The notes under the pieces were generated by a model. It was not told the DNA's origin. It ran no database searches and was given only the letters and a program-made list of their open reading frames with translations. A stretch of DNA of 35,381 nucleotides, taken from positions 1-35,381 of the forward strand of contig JYFJ02004045.1 of assembly GCA_000934665.2 (NCBI GenBank), in the 5' to 3' direction. The stretch comes from Catajapyx aquilonaris. Lineage: Eukaryota. This document shows positions 11,601 to 23,600 of this stretch, one piece after another (the stretch's first letter is position 1; each line of letters begins with the position of its first letter). The translations under genes and the position numbers were made by a program.

Positions 11601-14600
11601 GCAGCCATGCCCAAATGCCTGGGACTTCACTTGTGACAACCTGAGGTGTATTCCAAAGAGCTGGGTGTGTGACGGAGATGATGACTGCCTTGACAACTCA
11701 GATGAGTTACAGAACTGCACCAGTGAGTTACCTCATAATTCATTTTCATCTGTTAATAATAATAATAAATAATTTGTTACAAAAAAAGATTCATGCATAA
11801 AACGATCAATGATATTTAAATGATAGCAACATTTAAATAATGAGCCTGGTTCTTAATACTTAATACTGCTGTTTTCAGAACCAACTTGCTCCAGCTCTGA
11901 ATTCCAATGCAATTCAGGTCGCTGCATCCCTCTGTCATTCAAGTGTGACTCTGACAATGATTGTGGAGACTACTCAGATGAGACAGGATGTGTAAACGTG
12001 ACATGTGAGTCGACACAATTCTCCTGCGAGAATGGCAGGTGCATTCCCATGACATGGAAGTGTGACTCTGAGAATGACTGTGGGGATGGATCAGATGAGG
12101 GAGAATTTTGTGCAGAGAAGACCTGCGCATACTTCCAATTTACTTGCCCTCGCTCTGGTCACTGCATCCCACAATCTTGGGTTTGTGATGGAGACAATGA
12201 CTGCTTTGACAATCAGGATGAACAAGGTTGCCCTCCCATCACCTGCACTGGTAGCCAGTTTAAGTGTGCCAATCTGAAGCAGTGCATTCACGAGTCATAT
12301 AAATGTGATGGGATACCTGACTGTGACGATGGTAGTGATGAGCTTGGTTGCCCATCTCTGGCACCCAACCAGTGTGACCAGGAGAAGCAATTCCAGTGCC
12401 AGACATCTGGAATTTGCATACCTCGGGCTTGGCACTGTGATGGAACCCCAGACTGTGAAGACAAGTCAGATGAACCTGCTACTTGTGGACAAGTTAGTAT
12501 TTTTTTGTTAATTTTAGTGAAATGCAGTATTGGCCTTCATGATTTTTGTTATGATTGTTTTATTCAGATTGACTGTCCTAATGGGTATTACAAGTGCAAC
12601 AACTCAAGATGTGTGTTCAAGGCGTACATTTGTGATGGTGAGAATGACTGTGGTGATGGAAGTGATGAGGACGTTAGCCATGCTTGTACTCCACCTCCAT
12701 TCAGGTATAGTACTGACCTCCTTTGAAACGTAGCTGATGTCATACTCACACATTTCACTAATGTAGGTGTGGTGCAAATGAGTGGGAATGCCCAGGTGTA
12801 ACAGCTCGATGCATACCATTGGAGAAGGTGTGTGACAAGAATCCAGATTGTCCCAATGAGGCTGATGAAGGGCCTAATTGTGACCTTAATGAATGTGAGC
12901 AACATGAGACAATATGTTCCAATGGATGCAAGCAGAGCCCTGTGGTATGTCAAACCAGCAATTAAAACAGTTGAAACCAGGGATTGCGTTTCCTCACAAA
13001 GTTTTTCTTTTCAGGGACCTGTATGCACCTGTCCATTAGGAGAGGTCCTGTCTCAAAACCAGAGCAATGTGTGTGAAGACATGAATGAATGTGTGCCCCC
13101 TGGTGCATGTTCACAAGAATGCATCAACGTGAAGGAAGGTTACATGTGCAAGTGTGCCGAAGGATATGACCTGGAGTTCAAGTACTTCTGCAAAGCAGTC
13201 AGTGGGTACACTCTCCCAATGTCGACTCATTTTGTGCTTATTTGTCAAACAGTCACGTTTCTCACATTTGGGACACTCTTGCAGATCACACGCAAGCATT
13301 CCTTATCATCTCAAACAGACGATCCATCCTGGTTTCTGACCTACACCAGCAGTCACTAGAAAGGATTCCAGTGCTGGTGGAGAATGTAGTTGCCACTGTT
13401 TCTGATATGCATGCAGGGACACTCTTCTGGTCTGACATGAAGCTCAAGAAGATAATTCGGATGCCCAAGGGAGAAGAGCCACAGGCGGTATGTTCAAACA
13501 ATTTTACTCAAATCTTGAAATGTAGATCTTAAGAGGACATGCCTTATATAGCGTTCACATGCACAGATGTGATTATTTGAGAAAGTGTGCTGAAGATGCA
13601 GGTCTTTTTTCAACAGGTGGTAGCCTCTGGGTTGGACCTGGTAGAAGGAATAGCTTTTGACTGGGTGACTCACAAGTTGTACTGGGTTGACTCACGGCTC
13701 AACACCCTGGAGGTGGCTCATGTGAATGGGTCTCATCGAATGGTGCTCCTCAATGAGAACATTACCCAGCCAAGAGGCATTGTTGTCGACCCTAGTCCTG
13801 GGTGAGTTTGGATTCTGTTACTTTTTTAAAAAACTAAAAATAATCACATCTACTATAAACAAAGTTGTAAAAATAAGCATGCTGTTTTACTAAGTTTTGA
13901 GAGTTTAGCAAGGAAGTATTGCCCTGTTGTTAATTTTATGTGTATTTAAATTGCACAGAGCATGCTGGTTATTCTGGACTGACTGGGGTGAGAATCCCCG
14001 TGTGGAGCGTGTAGGCATGGATGGCAACAACCGCTCCATCATAATCAGCACCAAGATCTTCTGGCCCAATGGCCTTACTCTTGATATTCCCAACCGTCGT
14101 GTCTACTTTGCTGATTCCAAACTGGACTATGTGGACTTCTGTAATTACGATGGCACTGGACGTCAGCAAGTGTTGGCAGGATCTCACTATCTCCTCCATC
14201 CTCACTCCCTCACTTTGTTTGAGGACACCATATACTGGACAGATAGGCAGCTCAACAGGGTATTGTCTGCCCACAAGTATAGAGGAGAGAACCAGTCAGT
14301 GGTGTCACATCTTGTGTCCCAGCCACTCAGCGTGCATGTCAGCCACAAGTCTCTTCAACCACAATATGACAACCCCTGTGACAAAGCAAGATGCGCACAG
14401 CTTTGTTTACTATCTGCATCATCCCACGAAGGGTTTGCATGTAAATGCAGGCCTGGATACAGACTCACTGGTGATGGAAATTGCATGAAAGGTGAGTTAC
14501 ACGTCACTACAGGGGCAATATTCCTTCCTGTACACAACTCGTACACAACTATCATATTTCATCTTAAAGCAGCCCTCACAGTGCTACAGTAGTTTATGTT

Positions 14601-17600
14601 GACAATTGCCTGGTACAAGAGAATACTTAGCCTACTGCCGTCATTTACAATATTTTTATGAAGTGGTTTTGTGTTGCAGAGGACATCCCATTCCTGATGG
14701 TAATGAAGTCATCACAGATCATTGATGTGAGCCTGATGCCAGATGACAAGAGGGCTGGATTCTTCACACCTGTTGTTGGGGTGGAAGGTGGAACTGTTTT
14801 GGACTTCGACAATAAGAATGAAGACCTGTACTGGATTGAAGGCTCAGCTGAAAAGGAAGATAATGTAAATATTATCAGTTCTGGTTTCAATATGTGCATA
14901 CTTAAATTACAAAGTACAGTATCATGATGAGTAAGTTCATCTCTATAGGCATGAGCCTCACTTTACCAAGTTTGTACTTTGAAATTCACAAACAGACTTT
15001 GCATGAATTAACTGCAAAAGCTCATAACATTAACAGGCTATCTATAATATTAAAATGCTTGCGTTGGGGGGCCGAGCCCTCTGATTGGTCCGCCGCCGGG
15101 CATTGTTGCCCCCACCTCCCCATTGGCCCGCGTTCATTGTTCCCTGGACGCATTGTTACCATGACGCCTCCAATTGGCCCCCCTTCCGAGCATGCGCAAT
15201 GGGTGGAAGAACGAAGAACGCCACAGTCGCTTGCTGGACGTCAACGAGGACACATCATTCTCCTCTCCCGTGAAGACCCCTCCACCCTCTTCCACCTTCC
15301 TCCACCAGCCACATCTTCACGGTGACCTCACAACAGGGGAGGGGGAGAGGAGGGGGGAATGGAACGTGCCGTAAACAAACCTAATCGAATGTTGGCCAAG
15401 GTCGGAATCTGTTGTTTATCAGTGGTGTCAATATAAACTCCACGGACGTTTATGAAAAAAGTAAAATAATTCCGGTTTTTCAAACGAGGTCCTTACTGCT
15501 GCCGTCAGATATGAGAAGACCGTAACTCAATGGCCACTTCCCCTAGCGCAAAACCCCTTGAACCCCTTGAAAAAAAACAGTGGTACCAAAAGCACCCAAC
15601 AGGTGGAGTTGGGATGCCGTTCCTTTTTCTCCCTTCCCCCAACGCCACCTCTTGGATCCTGTCGGTAACACTTGCTTTCTTTTCTCGCCGCAAGGGAAGT
15701 GGATAATGAGTTACGGTTCTCTCACATCTGACTGCAGTACTGGCATCCCCCAGTGGGAAGAGTTGCAGGATTAGCCGCGATATTCAACACTGAACCCGGG
15801 GATAGGCCGAGAACGTCAAAAGAAAGTGTCGGGAAGAATTAAACCAGTTTTTGATCGTGTAATATTATTTTTTAAAAATTGTAGTTATTTTTTATTTATT
15901 TAAATAATCGCGGCCACCCTCGACACCCACGGAGACGGCTTCGCGACCCCCAGGTTGGGAACCACTGATCTAATACAGACACTGCCAAGTTCCATTGGCT
16001 GTTTTAATATTAGTAAAGGGAAGTTATGAGCAGTTAGAAAAACGTGGTCGGAAAGCGTGCATATGATTTAGATACATGTGCGAGTGCATGCGAATAGAGG
16101 CGGTAGAGGTTGTGAATTTTTGTTCATACAATAATAAATTGTGTGTTTTTTTTTTTTTAATTGCAAAGGTATGGATATGTTGAGGTGGGCAAATGCATAT
16201 TTCCCAGCCAATGCAAAGGTGGGATTGCAGATTGGTCGCAGGGTATAGGGAATCATATATGTGAATGCACGGAGGAACGGGTGAGGGTGGGGGGTGTGGA
16301 TGTGATTGGCATCATCACTGGCAATATAAGTCCGAAGCGATTGAAAATATGGTGGGCACTGTAGGCCGCAGGCCTAGAAAAGAGCGAGCGAAGCGAGCGG
16401 TTTTCTAGGCCAGCGCCCTAGGAAAATACGAGCGGAGCGAGGGTTTTCCTAGTAACATAAATTAATCCTACCTATTGCTTATCAGGTGTACAAATTAATA
16501 CCGTGCATATTGCATTTGGGAATGCATATCTAATGACTAATGAGTCTTCATTGCAGGGCACCATATACAAGATGAGCATGTCAGGTGGAAATCGCACCAC
16601 TTTCCTCAATGGTGCAGACACAGGTCTGATTGGTGCCCCATATGTGATTGCCTTTGACTGGATTGGACGCAACATGTTTATTGGCAATAGGGCTGCATCC
16701 AAGTTTGAGATAGTGAAGGTGGATGGGAAGATCAGGCACCGTCTAGTCATTCTGGCAAATAATGGGAATGAAACGGGAGTGGCCAAGCCAAAGTCCATGT
16801 GTTTGGATCCTTCTGAAGGGTATGTAGAATGATTCGTATAAAACCAATGAAAAATGGATCTTATGTTGCATGGTGCATCATTACAGGAAACTGTTTTGGT
16901 TGGATGATGGAGGTGCTGGAGTTCCTGCCAAGGTTGCCAAGTCAAACATGGATGGTACAGAGTCCACAATTCTCATCAGAGACATCACAAGGCCAGAGTT
17001 CATTACTATTGACTTGGACAAGAAGCTGCTTTACTGGAGTACCAGCTCAGAGCATGCGGTCAGTTTCTATTTGATATGGAAAGTTGCAGTTTAGGTGTCT
17101 TGTTTTGTCCACTTGTTGACATTGTCTGTCAGCAGCCATCTTTTATTTACGGTTTTGACCATGCTTGCAAATTTTGGAAATAATAACGCCAAAAGATATG
17201 ATTGGATTTCATACCCTAGAATTAATTGTGACCCTCCAATTATGACAGATCAAAGTGGTGGATGTGAATGGCAACAACCAAAATACCATTGTGAAGGAAT
17301 CAGATGGTATCCACCAGCCAAAAGCAATGGCAGTGTTTGAAAGCCGCATGTACTATCTGGACCCTGTGTATGAGAAGATAACCAGAGTGGACCTCCCTGG
17401 TGGAGACAATGCCAAAATCCTGAAGGACAATGAGGTGGACCTCCGCACCCTCACCATCTACCGCAAGCGTCCTGTGTCCATTGGACATCCCTGCCTCACC
17501 AACAATGGACTTTGTGACCACTTGTGCATACCAGCTCCACAGAATACACGTGTATGTGGATGCTCTGTTGGGCACAAGAAGAGTGGTGATACGTCGTGCA

Positions 17601-20600
17601 CCCCATACAAGACCTTTGCAGTTGTGGCTCAACTTGACATGGTTCAAGGGTACAGCTTGGAAGATGCGGCAGAGGCCATGGTGCCTATTACTGGTGATGG
17701 TATGGCTCCCTAGAGAATTTTTAAAATGACCTAACAGCTACTTATGCTGATGTGAGACAAGTGTTATAAGTTTGGTTTTGGACATGTAACTTTGATTGGG
17801 GCTGCTTTAGAATGTGTATTGTAATTCACACTGATTCCGTCAATTGACTGGAATTGACTGGCCATAACAAGTGCATGCTCACACTGGCCTGTTCTGATGG
17901 ATTCCCATGTTTACGTTGAGTGTAAACTTAGGGAAGAAATGGGAGTAATGTTTGCTTTTTCCCTGGGGACCTTGCACTCCTCTTGCCATAATCATGCAAT
18001 GCAAAACAATGATATTGTAGATAAGTAAGGAATTTTGCATTCAGAATCATTTCAGTGCATACAGTGAACCATAGAAATCATAGGATGTTAATAATAATTT
18101 GTTGCTAGTGATTACCCAACCTTTGATCTATTCTAACTGTAAGTTTCACCATGTTCAGGTCACAGCATCCTCCATGTGGATGTCCATTATGCTGCCAACT
18201 GGCTGTATTGGATTGAGTTCAACAAGGGCACATGGAATGGGATCTTTAGGATAAGGCCCAATGGGACTGAGCTGACTCGTGTAATAACCACTGGAATTGG
18301 AACCAACGGAATTCGTGGGCTTGCCATTGACTGGATAGCAGGGAACCTCTACTTCACCAATGTGTTCCCACATGAGACGTACCTGGAGGTCTCTTGGCTG
18401 GATGGATCCAACCGGAAAGTCCTGGTTAAGAAGACCACTGATGCTCCACGTGAACTGGCCGTGAATCCAATTAAGAGGTGTGCATGCTTGCATTCTGTCC
18501 CTGATGTTGAAAAAGCTAAAGTTTTAATAGTGAAGTCAGAAAGCATAATGTGCTGGTTAAACTGGCTCAAGAATGAGTTTTTTAAATACCTGCAATGAGT
18601 TTAACTGACCTGGACTCAGTACTCTAATATTAATACATATTACAAACAAGGAGTAGACTTTAATAACATGGTGTTTTGGCAGGTACCTGTACTGGATTGA
18701 CTATGGTCAGTTCCCTCGCATTGGTAAGGCTTACTTGGATGGCACAAACTGGAACCCAATAGTGACTTCTGGAATAAGCAACCCTCGTGATCTCACCATT
18801 GACATCTTGACCCATGATGTGTATTGGGTTGACTCCCGTCTTGACACAATCCAGAAGGTGTCCTCAAATGGTGGAAACCGTCAATTTATCCGCCGAAATC
18901 TTCCCAACCCCTTGGGAATTGCAGTGCACAAATCACAAGTGTACTGGGTTGATCGAAACCTAAATGCCGTCTTCCGTGCATCCAAGATTCCAGGGAACGA
19001 CTCACTTCCAGAGCATCTTCGCAGCAACCTTGCAGGACTGAGGGACGTTGCCATCTTTGACATCGCCAACCAACCATTAGTAGACAACACCTGCTCTCGT
19101 TTGGGCAACGGTGGCTGTGAACAGCTGTGCTTTGCTTACCCACAAGACACAAGTTCTTATACATCGGGACACAAGTGTGACTGCGCCACAGGCCGTCTTT
19201 CTGCCAACCAGAAGAACTGTGAGCCCATGAATGAATATTTGGTATTCTCAACACGAACTGAGATCAGAAGCGTGCATCTTGACCCCAAGGCAACAGATGT
19301 CCCATTTGCCCCTGTGGTAAGAGACATTTTTACACTTTAAGATATAATATCAGGGGAGCTTTCGTCTCATATTGTTTTACTAAAGTGTAGCTTAATTTTT
19401 GCTGGACTGGATAATGAGGCGAGATGGATATTGCATTGCAGAGGGACACTTTAATTGATTTAAAATGTTTTTAACCATACAGCAATTAATTTTGTGGATT
19501 TTACGTTTCAGACCAACATGACCAATGTGGTTGGGATAGACTTTGACCATGCAGACCAGCGCCTCTTGTTCACCCAGATCCGACCGGAAGTGACAATTGG
19601 GTGGATGTCTAGTCAGACCCCGTCTCATGCAAACATGACCATTATTAAGAACAGTGGGATAAACCCTGATGGCATTGCTTATGATTGGGTTCACAAAAAG
19701 ATTTACTGGACTGACTCATCCAACAGCAGTATCTATGCCATGAATTTTAATGGCTCACAGGTTGTTATGATAACACAAGTGGAGAGGCCACGAGCTATTG
19801 CTGTTCATCCTTGCAAAGGGTAAGTCAACCCACCAGTTTAGGCTCAATCACTTTCAGCGGGAATGAATTTAGGCAACATGCTTTTAGTTACTTAAAACCA
19901 AAGTGAATGTATGAGATTAACTCTCAGAACTGGCATTTTCTATTGATATATACAATTAATAAAAACCTGGTTATTGCAGGTATATCTTCTTCACCGACTG
20001 GGGCCATTTGGGCATGAGTGGCAAGATCTACCGTGCAACAATGGCTGGTTCCTTTAAGACAGCAGTTGTGGACACAAACTTGACCCAACCAAGTGGCTTA
20101 GCTATTGATTATGATGATGACAAGCTGTACTGGACAGATGTGGTGCGGGAGAAGATAGAACGTTCAGACCTGGATGGGAAGAACAGAGAAACATTGATTG
20201 ATGCCACAATATATCCATTTGCCATCACTGTGCATGGCAATTACATCTACTGGACTGACCTGCAGCTCAGAGGGGTGTACAGAGCAGAGAAGCACACAGG
20301 AGCCAACATGATTGACATTGTTAAGAGACTGGATGAGTCTCCCAGAGACATACAGGTCTTTGCTCCTGAGCGCCAGAAGTGTACTGCCAACCTGTGTGGG
20401 ATCAACAATGGAGGATGTGCTCAGTCTTGTCACCCAAGCATTAATAACACGGTATGACTGTAGATGACTTACAATGTGCTAGACTGAGTGAGAGAGCATT
20501 GCAGTATTAGAAATAATTTCATTTTCAGACTATCATGTCAGTGGCATGTACTGATATCCTTGCATATGATGATCCTTTCAGGTGGAATGTAGATGCAATG

Positions 20601-23600
20601 AGTCATACAAGTTGGTGAATGAAGAACGTATGTGTGTGCCTAAAAACTACACTTGTGATGGCAACAAATTTTACTGTGGCAATGAAAAGTGCATATCTCG
20701 ACTTTGGGCCTGTGATGGTGATGATGACTGTGGAGACAACAGCGATGAAGATACCAACTACTGCAGTAAGTAGAATTTTTACGGACTTTGCAATGGCATT
20801 GCAAAAGTAATATTGTATCTCCATAACTTGAACTCAACTCATCCAATATGGTGGTTTGACTGTTTATTAATACATCTTGCTTTTTTCATTGCAGCATACC
20901 ATTCATGCAGTCCAGCAGAATTCCGGTGTGCTAATGGACGCTGCATATTCAAGACATGGAAATGTGACCATGAGAATGACTGTGGTGATGGTTCTGATGA
21001 GGTTAACTGCAACTATCCATCTTGTGCTGATGGTGAATTCACTTGTGGGAACCATCGGTGCATTCCAATGTCACTTGTGAGTATGACCTGAAGTAGCAGC
21101 TAGGGACAACATTTGCGATATGTATTACTAAGCAAGGAAAAGTTTTTGGAAATGTCTTTTCTTTTGAATAGATGTCTTCATCTCATTTTTCCAGCTTCTG
21201 ATTTGCCACTTTGGTACATGATAACTGCACAAAGGCTCTGAATGAGTAATTATATGATTTCAGGTGTGCAATGGAGTGAATGATTGCAAGGACAACAAAA
21301 CATCAGATGAGGCCAAAGACAAATGCCCAGTGAATTTCACTTGTCCAGCCAACCACCTCAAATGTGAACATACAAACATATGTGTTGAACCATATTGGCT
21401 GTGTGATGGTGACAATGATTGTGGTGACAACAGTGATGAAGATCAGCTTCATTGTTCTGAACGTTCCTGTCCACCAAACAGCTTCAGGTAAGCAATGTCT
21501 TATTTTATTATTGTACAGAGTACAGACCCCATATTGACAAATTGAAACTTTTTACTAACAGGAGTCAGTAAGCTTCACAATGCTTTTAATGAACACCTCA
21601 TGCACAAGCATTCAGAAAGGTGTGACTTTGCTTGAACCTTTTGATATGCAAAAAAGTTTGACATGATTTAACTTTAACTGAATTTGCCGCAATGAAATGA
21701 GATCCCCATTGGCTCAGATTTCCAGCAATATAAGCTCTACTCTCATTGGTGTATCACTTGTTTTCTATGTGATGACAACTATTCTCAGATGTCCAAACCA
21801 TCGGTGCATTCCTGCCACATGGCATTGTGATGGTGATGATGATTGTGGAGATGGTGCAGATGAACCCAAAGAGTACTGCAATTCAGAGGGACGGACATGT
21901 CTAGGGGACCTCTTCACCTGCAACAATGGGAACTGCATCCCAAGGATATATGTGTGTGATGGAGACAATGACTGCTTAGATGGATCTGATGAAGATGACA
22001 GGCACCAATGCAGTGAGTTGCTCCCCTTTCCCAAAAATATTACATAGTAGCCTGCGAGTGATTTTGTCACCATCATGACATTTCCATCAAGACGGAGGAG
22101 TGATGAGGCAGGATTTGCATAAATTTAGCATATATTCTTAGAATCATGAAAAATTAGCGCCAATAATGGTGAAGGTTTTTAATCTGTTTTACATTTTTCA
22201 GACAATCGCAAATGTGATGAGGAAACTGAATTCACATGCACAGAAAACAAACTTTGGGGTCGTTCACAGTGCATACCTCGGAAATGGATATGCGATGGAG
22301 ATCCTGATTGTGTGGATGGCGCAGATGAAAACTCAACCCTAAATGCATGTCCATCCCCAGAGCCTTGCTTGGAAGACCAATTCAAGTGTCAAAATGGACG
22401 TTGCATAAACAAGGTATGTTCCTAAATTAATGTCAAATGCTGAATTGATGTTGAGGGAAGGAATCGTGTTCATTAACCACAGGGATGGCTGTGTGATCAC
22501 GACAATGATTGTGGAGATGGGTCAGATGAGGGAAAGTTTTGCAAGAACCACTATGCAAAGTGCCAGACGACAGAGTTCACATGCCAGAACTTCAAATGCG
22601 TACGGCTAACATATCGGTGTGATGGGGAGGATGATTGTGGAGATGGCTCTGATGAAGTTGGATGTGGTGAGTTGCAAATGTTCCATTGCATCTTATGTAA
22701 AGAAGTAACTGTAGGTGAGTAACAAAAATTATTCCTGTTTTAGTGAATAACGCCACAACCACATGCCCTGGAGGACAGTTCCGCTGCAACAATGGAAACT
22801 GCATTGACTATCAGCTGGTGTGCAACAAAGTTTCTGATTGCACTGATGACAGTGATGAGTCTACCCACTGCAACGTTGATGAATGTGCACGTGTGGAAAT
22901 GAACCAGTGTGGGCACAGATGTGTCAACACTCTTACTGGATACTATTGCGAATGTCGCTCTGGATACAAGTTAGTGTCTTTCTTCAAGTTGTAGCAGATT
23001 CTCATTTCCTTGAGCTTCCGAGAGCTTAGGTTTTATAACTTTTGATTGAGGTTTTCTTCAAAAATTACTCGAGCTTTCTTAGTAGTTTGTTGTTCATAAC
23101 CAAGGTGCAAAAGAAAAACTAAATGCAAATGTTAATGCTGTAATGGTAGCAAAGGTTGCTTTGTTGTACATTTGACTACAGCCGATATATGTATTTGCAG
23201 ACTTCTGAAGGATGGGAAGGCATGTGCTGATATTAATGAGTGTGTGGAAGAACCAGGAGTCTGCTCCCAGTACTGTGCCAACACCTTGGGATCATACTAC
23301 TGCAAGTGCAATGACACGTACTATGAGCGAGAGCTGGATGAGCACACTTGCAAGAGGAAAGATGGCATTGAACCTTGGATAGTGTTCACTAACAAGTACT
23401 ACGTGCGCAACATGTCTCTGGATGCTTCACATTATGCACTAATGCATCAGGACTTGCGTAATGTAGTCGCCCTGGACTTTGATGTGCGGGATGAGAGGGT
23501 GTATTTCTCAGATGTGAGTGCGAAGACCATCTACCGGTCATTCACAAACAGCACTGGGGATAAGGAGGCAGTGATCCGTCACGACAGTCATGGTTTGGAG

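Larger units (their letters stand above)
15041..16452 (+). mobile_element. Non-autonomous Helitron-like element
   Basis: 5' A|TCTATAATATTAAAATG; 3' hairpins ending CTAG|T; no TSD; CpG-rich inside a CpG-poor gene; removal leaves a 280-bp intron. Confidence 0.7.

Noticed and set aside
22712..22720. Strong TAG|GTGAGT site inside a 77-bp intron (alternative or recursive splice site)
   Set aside because: Only 29 nt from the acceptor, and use as either donor or acceptor introduces an in-frame stop
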